Origin: Mycolicibacterium smegmatis
GTDB taxonomy: Bacteria; Actinomycetota; Actinomycetes; Mycobacteriales; Mycobacteriaceae
DNA length: 32,000 nucleotides
Reading direction: 5' to 3'
Assembly: GCF_001457595.1 (NCBI RefSeq)
Contig: NZ_LN831039.1
Span: 3,090,001-3,122,000, forward strand
A program made the translations under genes and the position numbers. Each line of letters opens with the position of its first letter. The stretch's first letter is position 1. Below, one piece after another: positions 1-10,240 of this stretch. The notes under the pieces were generated by a model. It saw nothing but the letters and a program-made list of their open reading frames with translations, was not told where the DNA came from and did no database searches.

Positions 1-1
1 C

Positions 2-844
2 CAGGAACGCGTCAACGAGGGATCGTTCGACGTCGTCGACATCGCCACGGGCTCTTCGGGTCTGCTCAACCTGCCCGACGACTACGTCAGCACCGACACC
101 CCGTCGGCCGGCATCGAACAGCTCATCTTCGCGCCGCGCGGCCCGCTCGGTGCTCCTGACGCCCGTCGCGCGGTGGCGCTGTGCACACCGCGCGACGTGA
201 TCGCCCGCAACGCCGAGATGCCGATCGCCAACGCGCGGCTGAGCCCGGCCTCGGAGGATGCGTTCAGCGTGGCCGAGGGCGCCGCGGAAGGCGGCCGGTT
301 CAGCGTCGCCAACCCCGACGCCGCCCGCGACGCGCTCGACAACCGGCCGCTCACGGTCCGCATCGGCTACCAGACCCCGAACGCGCGGCTCGCCGCGATC
401 GTCGGGGCCATCGCGAAAGCCTGTGCGCCTGCGGGCATCACGGTGCAGGACGCCGGCTCGGAGACCGCGGGCCCGATCGCGCTGCGCAACAACGAGATCG
501 ACGCACTGCTCGCGAGCACGGGAGGCGCTGCGGGCGCGGGTTCGTCGGGGTCGTCGGCGATCGACGCCTACACCCTGCACGTCGGCAACGGAAACAACCT
601 GCCGAACTACAACAACGAGCGGATCGACGGCATCATCGACGCGCTCGCGGTCACCTCCGACCCCAAGGAACTGGCCCGACTGCTGGGTGAGGGCGCACCG
701 ATCCTGTGGAACGACGTGCCCACCCTGCCGTTGTACCGCCAGCAGCGCACGGTGCTCACGTCCAACAAGATGTACGCGGTGAGCGGCAACCCGACCCGGT
801 GGGGTGCGGGCTGGAACATGGACCGGTGGAAGTTGTCGAAATGA
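2..844 (+). CDS. ABC transporter substrate-binding protein, family 5 (DppA-like lipoprotein), C-terminal part; 5' end outside window
   Basis: Frame 2 is open from base 2 ([20 protein letters not shown]...) to TGA at 842-844. The C-terminus ...[13 protein letters not shown]...[33 protein letters not shown]... is typical of peptide-binding SBPs. It lies directly upstream of apt, as in mycobacteria. Confidence 0.8.
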   Translation, partial: QERVNEGSFDVVDIATGSSGLLNLPDDYVSTDTPSAGIEQLIFAPRGPLGAPDARRAVALCTPRDVIARNAEMPIANARLSPASEDAFSVAEGAAEGGRFSVANPDAARDALDNRPLTVRIGYQTPNARLAAIVGAIAKACAPAGITVQDAGSETAGPIALRNNEIDALLASTGGAAGAGSSGSSAIDAYTLHVGNGNNLPNYNNERIDGIIDALAVTSDPKELARLLGEGAPILWNDVPTLPLYRQQRTVLTSNKMYAVSGNPTRWGAGWNMDRWKLSK

Positions 845-851
845 CGTTCAA

Positions 852-1394
852 ATGACCCAGCACCACGACACGGCCGAGGTGTCGCGGGTGATCGCGACGC
901 TCACCCGCGAGGTCGCCGACTTCCCCGAACCGGGCATCCAGTTCAAGGACCTCACGCCGCTTCTCGCCGATGCGCGCGGTCTGCGCGTGGTCACCGACGC
1001 GCTGGCCGACATCGCCTCGGGCGCGGATCTGGTCGCGGGTCTGGATGCGCGCGGTTTCCTGCTGGGCGCGGCGGTGGCCACCCGGCTGGGCACCGGTGTG
1101 CTGGCGGTCCGCAAGGGCGGCAAGCTGCCGCCTCCGGTCCACGGAGCGACGTACCAATTGGAGTACGGCACGGCGACCCTGGAGATCCCCGCCGAAGGAA
1201 TTGACATCGCCGGGCGCAACGTTGTGATCATCGACGATGTGCTCGCCACCGGCGGGACGCTGGCCGCGGCGGCCAGGCTGCTCGGCGACTGTGGCGCCAA
1301 CGTGACCGGCGCCGGAGTGGTTCTCGAGCTCGAAGCCCTCCGCGGACGCGAAGCGGTGGCACCATTGGGCGTACGAAGCCTGCACATCATCTGA
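852..1394 (+). CDS. apt: Adenine phosphoribosyltransferase
   Basis: ORF 804..1394 with likely ATG at 852 ([40 protein letters not shown]). PRPP-binding motif [13 protein letters not shown]. Followed by relA. Confidence 0.93.
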   Translation: MTQHHDTAEVSRVIATLTREVADFPEPGIQFKDLTPLLADARGLRVVTDALADIASGADLVAGLDARGFLLGAAVATRLGTGVLAVRKGGKLPPPVHGATYQLEYGTATLEIPAEGIDIAGRNVVIIDDVLATGGTLAAAARLLGDCGANVTGAGVVLELEALRGREAVAPLGVRSLHII

Positions 1395-1428
1395 GGGATA
1401 TCCTCGAATTCGGGTTGCTGGGCAGGAG

Positions 1429-3831
1429 GTGACAACCATGGTCGACGAGCCAGGCAAGGGTCAGGCCGTGCAGTCTCCTCCCGCGGTGCCCGAAACCGTG
1501 CCCAAACCCCCGTCCGGCACGGCACCGACGACCACACCGGCGGCTCCGTCGACGTCGTCGGAGACCGCACGTATCAGCGCCTCGCGTCGCGTGCGCGCCC
1601 GGCTGGCGCGCAGGATGACCGCGCAGCGCAGTGCGATCAACCCGGTGCTCGAACCGCTGGTCGCCGTGCACCGCGAGATCTACCCGAAGGCCGATCTGCA
1701 GCTGTTGCAGCGGGCCTACGAGGTGGCCGAGAAACGCCACGCCGACCAGTTGCGCAAGTCCGGTGACCCCTACATCACGCATCCGCTGGCGGTCGCGAAC
1801 ATCCTGGCCGAGCTCGGCATGGACACCACCACGCTGGTGGCCGCGCTGCTGCACGACACCGTCGAGGACACGGGCTACAGCCTGGAGGCGCTGACCGCCG
1901 ACTTCGGCAGCGAGGTCGGGCACCTCGTCGACGGTGTGACCAAGCTGGACAAGGTCGTGCTGGGTTCGGCGGCCGAGGGCGAGACCATCCGCAAGATGAT
2001 CATCGCGATGGCCCGCGACCCACGCGTGCTGGTGATCAAGGTGGCCGACCGGCTGCACAACATGCGCACCATGCGGTTCCTGCCGCCCGAGAAGCAGGCC
2101 CGCAAGGCCCGCGAGACGCTGGAAGTCATTGCCCCACTTGCCCATCGCCTGGGTATGGCGACGGTCAAATGGGAGTTGGAGGACCTCGCGTTCGCGATCC
2201 TGCACCCCAAGAAGTACGAGGAGATCGTGCGGCTGGTCGCCGACCGGGCGCCGTCGCGTGACACCTATCTGGCGAAGGTGCGCGCCGAGATCGGCGTGGC
2301 GCTGAGCGCCATGAAGATCAACGCGGTGGTCGAGGGCAGGCCCAAGCACTACTGGTCCATCTACCAGAAGATGATCGTCAAGGGCCGCGACTTCGACGAC
2401 ATCCATGACCTGGTCGGCGTGCGGATCCTGTGCGACGAGATCCGTGACTGCTACGCCGCGGTGGGCGTCGTGCACTCGCTGTGGCAGCCCATGGCCGGGC
2501 GGTTCAAGGACTACATCGCCCAGCCGCGCTACGGCGTGTACCAGTCGCTGCACACCACCGTCGTCGGCCCGGAGGGCAAACCGCTCGAGGTGCAGATCCG
2601 CACCCGCGAGATGCACCGCACCGCCGAGTACGGCATCGCCGCGCACTGGCGTTACAAGGAGGCCAAGGGCCGCAACGGTGTTCCGCACAGCCACGCCGCG
2701 GCCGAGATCGACGACATGGCGTGGATGCGGCAACTGCTCGACTGGCAGCGGGAGGCCGCCGACCCCGGTGAGTTCCTGGAGTCGCTGCGCTACGACCTCG
2801 CCACGCAGGAGATCTTCGTGTTCACGCCGAAGGGTGACGTGATCACGCTGCCCGCCGGATCCACACCCGTCGACTTCGCCTACGCCGTGCACACCGAGGT
2901 GGGCCATCGCTGCATAGGCGCGCGGGTCAACGGCAGGCTCGTGGCGCTGGAACGCAAGCTCGAGAACGGCGAGGTGGTCGAGGTGTTCACCTCGAAGGCG
3001 CCCAACGCCGGGCCGTCGCGGGACTGGCAGGGCTTCGTGGTGTCGCCGCGGGCCAAGACCAAGATCCGGCAGTGGTTCGCCAAGGAGCGCCGCGAGGAGG
3101 CGCTCGAATCCGGCAAGGACGCCATCGCCCGCGAGGTGCGTCGCGGCGGACTTCCGTTGCAGCGCTTGATGAATGCCGAAACCATGGGCGCACTCGCCCG
3201 CGAGCTGCGCTACCAGGACGTCTCGGCGCTCTACACCGCGGTCGGCGAGGGCCATGTGTCGGCGCGGCACGTCGTGCAACGCCTGCTGGCGCAGTTCGGT
3301 GGCGACGACGCCGCCGAGGACGAACTCGCCGAGCGGTCCACCCCGGCGACCATGCCGATGCGCCAGCGCAGCAACGACGACACGGGCGTGGCGGTGCCGG
3401 GTGCCCCGGGCGTGCTGACCAAGCTGGCCAAATGCTGCACCCCGGTGCCGGGTGACACCATCATGGGCTTCGTCACCCGCGGCGGGGGAGTCAGCGTGCA
3501 CCGCACCGACTGCACCAACGCCGAGTCACTGCAACAGCAGTCCGAACGCATCATCGAGGTGAACTGGGCGCCGTCGCCGTCGTCGGTGTTCCTGGTCGCC
3601 ATCCAGGTCGAGGCGCTCGACCGGCACCGCCTGCTCTCCGACGTCACGCGCGTGCTTGCCGACGAGAAGGTGAACATCCTGTCGGCGTCGGTGACCACGT
3701 CCAACGACCGGGTGGCCATCAGCCGGTTCACGTTCGAGATGGGCGACCCGAAGCACCTCGGCCACCTGCTGAGCGTCGTGCGCAACGTCGAGGGCGTCTA
3801 CGACGTGTACCGCGTCACCAGCGCGGCCTGA
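1429..3831 (+). CDS. relA: Bifunctional (p)ppGpp synthetase/hydrolase RelA (RSH)
   Basis: HD domain ([31 protein letters not shown]), synthetase region, TGS domain ([42 protein letters not shown]) and C-terminal ACT domain. Start may be the ATG at 1438 rather than 1429. Confidence 0.96.
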   Translation: MTTMVDEPGKGQAVQSPPAVPETVPKPPSGTAPTTTPAAPSTSSETARISASRRVRARLARRMTAQRSAINPVLEPLVAVHREIYPKADLQLLQRAYEVAEKRHADQLRKSGDPYITHPLAVANILAELGMDTTTLVAALLHDTVEDTGYSLEALTADFGSEVGHLVDGVTKLDKVVLGSAAEGETIRKMIIAMARDPRVLVIKVADRLHNMRTMRFLPPEKQARKARETLEVIAPLAHRLGMATVKWELEDLAFAILHPKKYEEIVRLVADRAPSRDTYLAKVRAEIGVALSAMKINAVVEGRPKHYWSIYQKMIVKGRDFDDIHDLVGVRILCDEIRDCYAAVGVVHSLWQPMAGRFKDYIAQPRYGVYQSLHTTVVGPEGKPLEVQIRTREMHRTAEYGIAAHWRYKEAKGRNGVPHSHAAAEIDDMAWMRQLLDWQREAADPGEFLESLRYDLATQEIFVFTPKGDVITLPAGSTPVDFAYAVHTEVGHRCIGARVNGRLVALERKLENGEVVEVFTSKAPNAGPSRDWQGFVVSPRAKTKIRQWFAKERREEALESGKDAIAREVRRGGLPLQRLMNAETMGALARELRYQDVSALYTAVGEGHVSARHVVQRLLAQFGGDDAAEDELAERSTPATMPMRQRSNDDTGVAVPGAPGVLTKLAKCCTPVPGDTIMGFVTRGGGVSVHRTDCTNAESLQQQSERIIEVNWAPSPSSVFLVAIQVEALDRHRLLSDVTRVLADEKVNILSASVTTSNDRVAISRFTFEMGDPKHLGHLLSVVRNVEGVYDVYRVTSAA

Positions 3832-3843
3832 TCGAGCGGTTCG

Positions 3844-3875
3844 GCGTCGCCGCCGGCCGGGGCCGGCGGCGACGC
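3844..3875. terminator. Perfect 14-bp GC hairpin with 4-nt loop between convergent relA and the MFS gene (putative bidirectional terminator)
   Basis: GCGTCGCCGCCGGC (3844-3857) / CGGG / GCCGGCGGCGACGC (3862-3875). Located 13 bp after the relA stop and 11 bp before the MFS stop on the other strand. No T tract. Confidence 0.6.
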
Positions 3876-3885
3876 GCCGCGATGG

Positions 3886-5307
3886 TCATGCGTCCACGGG
3901 AGCCGACCGGGTGTCCGGTGCGGTGAGACGCGTGGCGGCCGAGGTCTCCGACAACGCGCGGCCGCGCGTCTCCTCGCCGAGCACGAGCGTGACCAGCAGG
4001 CCGACGACGTTGACCCCCGCGAGCAGCCACATCACCCCGCCGAGTCCGGTGCCGCTGAGCACGAGCGGCAACACGAAGGTGCTGACCGCCGAACCGACGC
4101 GGCTGATCGCGACGACGGTCCCCGTGGCACTCGCACGCACCGACGTGGGGAAAAGCTCGTTGGGGTAGATGATCTCGATGAAATTGCAGGCTCCGGACGT
4201 GACGGCATAGAGCGCCAGCAGTGCGAACAGGATCTGCGCGGGCGCACCCGGCACCACGGCCATCGCGATGAACGCCGCGCTCATCACGGCAAAGGTCCAC
4301 AGCAGCAGGGGCTTTCGGCCGATCCTGTCGACCAGGAGCAGCCCGGGGACCCCGCCGACCAGGAACAGCAGGCTGATCACCAGTTCCGCGACGTACACGT
4401 GGTGGGAGCCGTGTGCACCGACACCCATCTCCCGCAGGATGTCCGGGCCGAACGTGTACACCGCGAACAGCGGGATCACGTGGGCGGTGAAGAACACCCC
4501 GACGAAGACCACCCTGCGCAGGTAGATCCCCCGGAACAGCGCGGTGAACGGGGTATGCGCGGGTTCGGCCGGGATCATGGCGATGTCGGCGTCGTTGCCC
4601 CACACCTTGCGGCACACGCGCTGCGCCTCCTCGGTGCGCCCCCGGCTGAGCAGCCACCTGGGCGATTCGGGAGTTCCGGCCCGCAGCATCAGGGTGACGA
4701 CACCGAACACCGCGGGACTTGCCAGCATCCACCGCCAGGCGTCCGGGCCCATCGTCGACAGCGCCCAGCCCACGCCGGCGGCAGCGGCGGCACCTCCGGC
4801 CCACACGACGAACAGTGCGCCCAGCAGCCGGCCACGGTAGCGGCTCGGGATGAACTCCGCGAGCAGCGAACTGGCGATGGGATAGTCGGCGCCGATGGCC
4901 ACGCCGAGCAGGAAACGCAGCGCGACCAGTTGCCACACCTCGGTCGCGAACGCCGATGCGATCGACACCACGACGAGCATGGTGAGGTCGGCGATGTACA
5001 TGACTTTGCGGCCGACCCGATCGGTGACATAGCCGAACACCAGACCGCCGACGAAGATCCCGATCAGCGCCGAGGCGCCCACCAGACCCACATCGACAGT
5101 GCTCATGTCCAGCGCGGGCACCATGCTGATCAGCGCGATGCCGATGATCGTGAGGGCGAAGCCGTCCAGGAACGGCCCGCCCGCCGAGAACACGGTGAGC
5201 CGCTTGTGGAACGCGGTGAGTGGTCGGTCGTCTATGGGTACGTGGCTGGGTACATGGCCGGGTACATGGCGGGGGCTGGACACGGTGTGTGGCTGGTGTG
5301 CGGACAC
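3886..5307 (-). CDS. MFS transporter (sugar/aromatic-acid:H+ symporter-like family)
   Basis: Multi-TM protein with MFS signatures (GYVTDRVGRKVMYIADL, RFLLGVAIGADYPIASSLLAEFIPSRYRGRL, LLVDRIGRKPLL). Start codon uncertain: the 5307 start is GTG and the N-terminus contains a low-complexity HVPG/HVPS repeat. Confidence 0.88.
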   Translation of the reverse strand: MSAHQPHTVSSPRHVPGHVPSHVPIDDRPLTAFHKRLTVFSAGGPFLDGFALTIIGIALISMVPALDMSTVDVGLVGASALIGIFVGGLVFGYVTDRVGRKVMYIADLTMLVVVSIASAFATEVWQLVALRFLLGVAIGADYPIASSLLAEFIPSRYRGRLLGALFVVWAGGAAAAAGVGWALSTMGPDAWRWMLASPAVFGVVTLMLRAGTPESPRWLLSRGRTEEAQRVCRKVWGNDADIAMIPAEPAHTPFTALFRGIYLRRVVFVGVFFTAHVIPLFAVYTFGPDILREMGVGAHGSHHVYVAELVISLLFLVGGVPGLLLVDRIGRKPLLLWTFAVMSAAFIAMAVVPGAPAQILFALLALYAVTSGACNFIEIIYPNELFPTSVRASATGTVVAISRVGSAVSTFVLPLVLSGTGLGGVMWLLAGVNVVGLLVTLVLGEETRGRALSETSAATRLTAPDTRSAPVDA

Positions 5308-5918
5308 TACATCTCCTGTTGATGGGTGGTGAGTGGTTGCAGCCGGGCGAAATCGGCAGCGGTTCGGGCGACGGGATCGAGCAGGGCGGTGTTCACCCGT
5401 CCCGCGGGATCCAGCACGGACGAGTCGAGGTGGAAGGCGACGACCTCGCCGATGATCAACCGGTCACTGCCGGGCTGCACCGTGGTGTGCAGGCGGCATT
5501 CCAGGCTGATCGGGGTCTCGGCGATCCGCGGCGGTCGCACGTGCCGGCACGGCGCGGGGGTCAGGCCCGCGAGTGCGAACTCGTCGACCGCCGGATCGAC
5601 CTGCGCGCTGGTGAGATCGACCGCGGGTGCCATCGCGGCCGGAGCGATGTTGACCACGAATTCCCCTGTCGCGGCGATGTTCGCGGCGCTGTCCTTGAGC
5701 CGGCCGTCGGGTTGGTACTCGACACTCAACAGCACCATGGGCGGCTGCGAGGACACGACCGTGAAGAAACTGAACGGCGCGAGGTTGGGAATCCCGTCGG
5801 GGCTGACGGTCGATGTCCAGGCGACGGGGCGGGGTACGACAGCCGCCTTCAGCAGCCCGAATGCCTTGCGTGTGGTCAGCTCGCCGGCATCGACGACCGT
5901 GATGTCCGAGCAGTGCAT
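5307..5918 (-). CDS. Flavin reductase-like domain (FMN-binding split barrel) protein
   Basis: MHCSDITVVDAGELTTRKAFGLLKAAVVPRPVAWTSTVSPDGIPNLAPFSFFTVVSSQPPMVLLSV... is the classic 'PRPxAWxSTxxxxGxxNLAPFSFF' motif. ATG at 5918, stop TAG 5307-5309. Confidence 0.85.
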   Translation of the reverse strand: MHCSDITVVDAGELTTRKAFGLLKAAVVPRPVAWTSTVSPDGIPNLAPFSFFTVVSSQPPMVLLSVEYQPDGRLKDSAANIAATGEFVVNIAPAAMAPAVDLTSAQVDPAVDEFALAGLTPAPCRHVRPPRIAETPISLECRLHTTVQPGSDRLIIGEVVAFHLDSSVLDPAGRVNTALLDPVARTAADFARLQPLTTHQQEM

Positions 5919-6058
5919 GGTTCTCCTCTGCGTGGTGGTGGTCGGCAACGCTAGGTGTGTTCCGGCACGCCAGGTATGGAGATATCTCCACTCGGTCCGG
6001 GGATGTGATGGATGTTCCGACATTGGGAGCCGGACGCGAAGTCCGTTGTATGGATGTC
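5919..6058. promoter_or_regulatory. Divergent promoter region containing a 14-bp perfect palindrome TGGAGATATCTCCA (5977-5990)
   Basis: Separates the leftward flavin reductase/MFS pair from the rightward DUF1989/OYE/deacetylase run. Confidence 0.55.
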
Positions 6059-6679
6059 ATGGAGTTGATGAACACGACGACCGTGGTGGCCGCGGGAACG
6101 GGCCGCGCGGTCGTCCTGGACAAAGGTGACCGCGTCCGGGTGATCGATGTCGAAGGCGCTCAGGTAGGGGACGTATTCGCTTTTGCGGCAGGGGATCCCG
6201 ACGAGTACCTGAGTGCGTCGCATACCCGCACGGTCACCGGCCGGCTGTTCCCCGCGGTCGGGGAGCACTTCGTCACCAACCGGCGGCGACCGATCCTCAG
6301 ACTCGTCGCCGACACCTCACCGGGCGTGCACGACATGCTCATCGCGGCCTGCGACCGGGAGCGCTACCGGTTGCTCGGGGCCCCGGAACACCGCTCGTGC
6401 GCCGACAATCTGCGTGAGGCGCTCGCCGGGATCGGTGTCGGTGTCGGTGTCGTGCCGCAGCCGGTCAACATCTTCATGAACATCCCGGTGACAGACGGCG
6501 GGCACCTGTCCTGGCTGCCCGCGGTGAGCCGAGCCGGTGACGCGGTGACGTTCGAGGCCGACATGGACTGCGTCGTCGTGGTGTCGGCGTGCCCGATGGA
6601 TCTCAACGCCATCAACGGCGAGCGTGTCACCGACCTGGCCCTCGAACTCATCCCGACCTCGAAAGAAGTGAACGCATGA
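6059..6679 (+). CDS. Urea carboxylase-associated (DUF1989) family protein
   Basis: ORF 5957..6679: ...KGDRVRVIDVEGAQVGDVFAFAAGDPDEYLSASHTRTVTGRLFPAVGEHFVTNRRRPILRLVADTSPGVHDMLIAACDRERYRLLG...HRSCADNLREAL...PQPVNIFMNIPV matches my recollection of the DUF1989 family. Start ambiguous among ATGs at 6008, 6050, 6059 and 6068. Confidence 0.75.
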   Translation: MELMNTTTVVAAGTGRAVVLDKGDRVRVIDVEGAQVGDVFAFAAGDPDEYLSASHTRTVTGRLFPAVGEHFVTNRRRPILRLVADTSPGVHDMLIAACDRERYRLLGAPEHRSCADNLREALAGIGVGVGVVPQPVNIFMNIPVTDGGHLSWLPAVSRAGDAVTFEADMDCVVVVSACPMDLNAINGERVTDLALELIPTSKEVNA

Positions 6680-7809
6680 CCAACACCCATCCCGCACTGA
6701 CCTCCGTACGCCTCGGCGGCCTCAAGCTCGACAACCGATTCGCCGTCGCGCCCATGACCAGGGTGTCCGCGACCGCCGACGGCGCCCCGACCGACGCGAT
6801 GGCCGGCTATTACGCCGAATTCGCCCGCGGCGGTTTCGGTTTGGTGATCACCGAGGGCACCTACACCGACACCACCCACAGCCAGGGCTACCTCAACCAG
6901 CCGGGACTGGCCACCGACGCCCACGCTGCCGGTTGGCGGCCCGTGACCGACGCCGTACACGCCGCAGGCGTGCCGATCGTCGCGCAACTCATGCACGCGG
7001 GCGCGTTGTCGCAGGGGAACTCCCACGGCGTGGAGACCATCGCGCCGTCGGCGGTGGCACCGCGCGGCACGATGCTCGAAGAGTACGGCGGAGCGGGCAC
7101 CTGGCCCACGCCGCGTGAGATGAGTGCCGCCGACATCGACGCCGCGATCGCGGGCTTCGTCGACGCCGCTGTCCGTGCCCGCGCCGCGGGGTTCGACGGC
7201 GTCGAGATCCACGCTGCCAACGGGTATCTGCTCGACCAGTTCCTCACCACCTACACCAACCACCGCACCGATGAGTACGGCGGCACCGTCGCCCACCGGA
7301 TCCGCCTCGCCGCGCAGATCTCCGCGGCCGTCCGCACCGCGGTGGGCGCGGATTTCCTGGTGGGTGTGCGCCTGTCTCAGACCAAGGTCAACGACTTCGA
7401 GTACCGGTGGCCCGGGGGAGCACAGGACGCCGAGGTGATCTTCACCGCGCTGGCCGCAACCGGGATCGACTACCTGCACATCGCCAGTGAGGGACGCGAT
7501 TTCATCGACGGGGCCCGCCTCGACGACGGCCGCACCATCACGGCGCTGGCACGCCAGGTCACCGGTCTGCCCGTCATCGCCAACGGCGGGATGCACGACA
7601 CGACGCAGGCGGCCGGCGTGCTCGACGGCGGTCACGCCGACGTGCTGTCGATCGGGCGCGGTGCGCTGGCCAATCCGGATCTGCCACAGCGGGTTTCCTC
7701 CGGAGCCCCACTGGAGCGGTTCGACCACGGCATGCTCTCGCCCATGGCGACCATCGTCAACGCCGCCGCGTGGACGGCCGCCCGCCACCGCGAACGGGTG
7801 CCGCGGTGA
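6676..7809 (+). CDS. NADH:flavin oxidoreductase / Old Yellow Enzyme family protein
   Basis: ATGA overlap with the preceding stop (6676-6679). Motifs LKLDNRFAVAPMTR, AQLMHAG, FDGVEIHAANGYLLDQF and NHRTDEYGG are OYE hallmarks. Confidence 0.9.
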   Translation: MTNTHPALTSVRLGGLKLDNRFAVAPMTRVSATADGAPTDAMAGYYAEFARGGFGLVITEGTYTDTTHSQGYLNQPGLATDAHAAGWRPVTDAVHAAGVPIVAQLMHAGALSQGNSHGVETIAPSAVAPRGTMLEEYGGAGTWPTPREMSAADIDAAIAGFVDAAVRARAAGFDGVEIHAANGYLLDQFLTTYTNHRTDEYGGTVAHRIRLAAQISAAVRTAVGADFLVGVRLSQTKVNDFEYRWPGGAQDAEVIFTALAATGIDYLHIASEGRDFIDGARLDDGRTITALARQVTGLPVIANGGMHDTTQAAGVLDGGHADVLSIGRGALANPDLPQRVSSGAPLERFDHGMLSPMATIVNAAAWTAARHRERVPR

Positions 7810-8672
7810 GCGCGCCGTGGCATCACGGTGCGGCCGCCGTGGCGACGCTGACGTTCGACGTCGACGCCGAGACCCCGATCCTCGCCGAGGGACGTCACCA
7901 CGCCGACAACCTGATGACGATGTCGCATCAGGCGTACGGCCCCGAGGTGGGCGTGCCCCGGATCCTGGATCTGCTCGACGATCTCGGCGTCGGAGCCACG
8001 TTCTTCATCCCGGGTTGGGTCGCCGAGCACCGGCCGCATCTGGCGGCGTCGGTCGTCGAGCGTGGCCACGAGGTCGCGCACCACTCCTACAGCCACCGGT
8101 CGCCGGCCGGTATGACCGCGGCCGAGGAACGGGCCGACTTCGAGCGCGCGCTGGCGGTTTTCGACGCGCAGGGGATCACGGTCGCGGGCCACCGCGCCGC
8201 GATGTGGGGCGCCACGTGGCAGACACCGGCGCTGGTCGCCGAGTACGGCCTGAGCTACGACTCGTCACTGATGGGCGACGACCGGCCCTACCGGATCGCC
8301 ACGCCCGCAGGGGACATCGTCGAACTTCCCGTGCACTGGTCACTCGACGACTGGGAGCAGTACGCGTACCTTCCGGAGCCGCACATCGGATCGGTGATCG
8401 AATCGCCGGTCAAGGTCGAACAGATGTGGCGCGCGGAACTCGACGGTATGCGCCACTACCGCAGCCTGTTCAACGTGTGCATGCACCCGTTTCTCTCGGG
8501 ACGGCCCGGTCGCATGCTGGCGCTGCGGCGCTTCATCGAATACGCCCTGGAATGCGGTGATGTCACGTTCGCGCGCTGCGGTGACGTCGCGGCCGCGGTG
8601 CGCCGCGATCCCGACCTCGCACCGCGCACGCTCGTGCCGCCCACCGTGGACGCCGATACCTATCCGGTGTGA
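7806..8672 (+). CDS. Polysaccharide deacetylase-fold protein (NodB homology; allantoinase PuuE-like or other amidohydrolase role possible)
   Basis: GTG start overlaps the previous stop (GTGA 7806-7809). TLTFDVDAET...GVPRILDLLDDLGVGATFFIPGWVAEHRPHL...ERGHEVAHHSYSH...HP...RPGRM is the NodB-type metal-binding arrangement. Confidence 0.82.
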   Translation: MSAPWHHGAAAVATLTFDVDAETPILAEGRHHADNLMTMSHQAYGPEVGVPRILDLLDDLGVGATFFIPGWVAEHRPHLAASVVERGHEVAHHSYSHRSPAGMTAAEERADFERALAVFDAQGITVAGHRAAMWGATWQTPALVAEYGLSYDSSLMGDDRPYRIATPAGDIVELPVHWSLDDWEQYAYLPEPHIGSVIESPVKVEQMWRAELDGMRHYRSLFNVCMHPFLSGRPGRMLALRRFIEYALECGDVTFARCGDVAAAVRRDPDLAPRTLVPPTVDADTYPV

Positions 8673-8676
8673 TGCG

Positions 8677-10230
8677 CTAGCCGAGCGCGTCGGCCTCCAG
8701 TGCGAGGAACAGGTCGACGCGGTCTTCGAGCCGCGCGACGTCACGTCCGGTGAGCTCGCTGATCCGGGCGATGCGGTTGCGCAATGTGTTGACGTGGACG
8801 TACAGCTCGGTCGCGGTCTTGGCCCAGTGCCCGTCGTTGGCGAGGAAGGTGCGCAACGTCCGCACCAGCGCGGTGCCGTACTGCTCGTCGTGCTGGTCGA
8901 GCGGTCCGAGGATGTCGTCGGCGAAGCGCCGCAACACCGACCTGTCGTGCAGCCCCAGGAGCATGCGGTGGGTCCCGATGTCGGCGTACGTGCCGACCTT
9001 GGGTTCGGTGGTGCGACGCCGCAGCACGTGACACGTCTCCCTGGCCCGGATGAGGGGTTCACGCAACGCGCTCGCGTCGGCGGCGAGATCGCCGACGCCG
9101 ATCACGGCCCGGTCGGCGGGGAATCGCGCGGTCAACGTCTGCACCAGGTCCTCGGCCAGACCCACCAGTGCGGTCATGTCACGGTGCCAGCCGAACACCA
9201 CGACGGTGTCCTGGCTGCCGGGGATCACCACGGCCGGGATGCTGTGGCGGTTGAAGAAGTCCTCGATCTCGTCGGTCGACCCGGGCGGGCGCACCGCGCC
9301 GTCGCCCACCACGACCGTGTACACCGCCAGCGCGGACGATGGGTCGATGCCGAAGGCGCGCAACCTTTCTGCCACGTCACGGGCACGTGCCGCGCCTGAG
9401 AGCACCATCTCGAGCAACTCGCTGGAGAACCGGGACTCGATGGCCTGCAACGCCTGCTGCCGGGTGACCTCCAGGCTCAGATAGCGTGCCGCCTGATCCA
9501 GCGCGTCGCGTTCCAGGGGCTTGAGCGAGGGGAGTGGACGCAGGCAGAACAGACCGGCGTCGACGTCGCCCATGGCGCCCTCGACGAGGTACACCGACGC
9601 GGTGTCCCCGCTGGGCAGTGCGACTTCCAGCGGCGGCGGGTGGCGGTTGAGCGCGTCGGCCGCGACCTGGACATCCTCGTCGTCGCCGATATCGCCCGCG
9701 AGCCTGCGGCCCAGGCGGTCCACCACCAGCAGCGGAAGGTCGTGATCGCGTCGCAGGACGTCCAGAATGCCCTCGGCGCCACCGCCTCTCGCGATCGAGC
9801 TGGCCAACGCGTTGCCGCGTCGCACCAATTTCGACAACGCGGCCTGGCGCGCGTCGGACTGGATGCGCGCCGCGGCCTGGGTGATCGCGGTGAACGGCAC
9901 CGCGATCGACACCGTCGCCAGTGGGAGTTCGGCGGAACTGCAGGCCTCGACGAGATCGGCCGGCGCGGCCGGTGTCTGCTCGGTCAGTCCGAAGACCACC
10001 CCGGCCGCGCGGGCCCGCAGCAGCGCGTCGACGAACATCGTGGAATCGACTGTGCCGCGCCACAGTCCGTTGGTGAGCACCAGTTCGGTGGCCCGGATGT
10101 ACGGCGACGGATCGGGCAGCTCGGTGTTGTGCAGCCACAGCACCTCACGGTCGACAGCTCCCGGCGACCCGGGCACCAGCAGGGTCAACTCCAGCGTCGG
10201 GTCGGCAAGGAGTGCGCTGAGGCTCAACAT
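8677..10230 (-). CDS. PucR family transcriptional regulator
   Basis: N-terminal PucR-like domain (LSLSALLADPTLELTLLVPGSPGAVDREVLWLHNTELPDPSPYI) and C-terminal PucR helix-turn-helix (LVRTLRTFLANDGHWAKTATELYVHVNTLRNRIARISELTGRDV). ATG at 10230; the ORF track start at 10248 is TTG. Confidence 0.88.
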   Translation of the reverse strand: MLSLSALLADPTLELTLLVPGSPGAVDREVLWLHNTELPDPSPYIRATELVLTNGLWRGTVDSTMFVDALLRARAAGVVFGLTEQTPAAPADLVEACSSAELPLATVSIAVPFTAITQAAARIQSDARQAALSKLVRRGNALASSIARGGGAEGILDVLRRDHDLPLLVVDRLGRRLAGDIGDDEDVQVAADALNRHPPPLEVALPSGDTASVYLVEGAMGDVDAGLFCLRPLPSLKPLERDALDQAARYLSLEVTRQQALQAIESRFSSELLEMVLSGAARARDVAERLRAFGIDPSSALAVYTVVVGDGAVRPPGSTDEIEDFFNRHSIPAVVIPGSQDTVVVFGWHRDMTALVGLAEDLVQTLTARFPADRAVIGVGDLAADASALREPLIRARETCHVLRRRTTEPKVGTYADIGTHRMLLGLHDRSVLRRFADDILGPLDQHDEQYGTALVRTLRTFLANDGHWAKTATELYVHVNTLRNRIARISELTGRDVARLEDRVDLFLALEADALG

Positions 10231-10240
10231 GGGTGTATGT

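Noticed and set aside
1387-3501. 704-aa ORF on the minus strand antisense to relA
   Set aside because: Typical high-GC shadow ORF: low-complexity His/Gly/Val/Arg composition with no domain signature, while the plus strand encodes an unambiguous RelA.
6364-7788. 474-aa minus-strand ORF opposite the OYE gene, and similar ORFs at 9640..10374, 10274..11023, 25323..25793 and 26534..27790
   Set aside because: Shadow ORFs in anti-frames of well-supported genes, with compositionally biased and non-homologous-looking translations.
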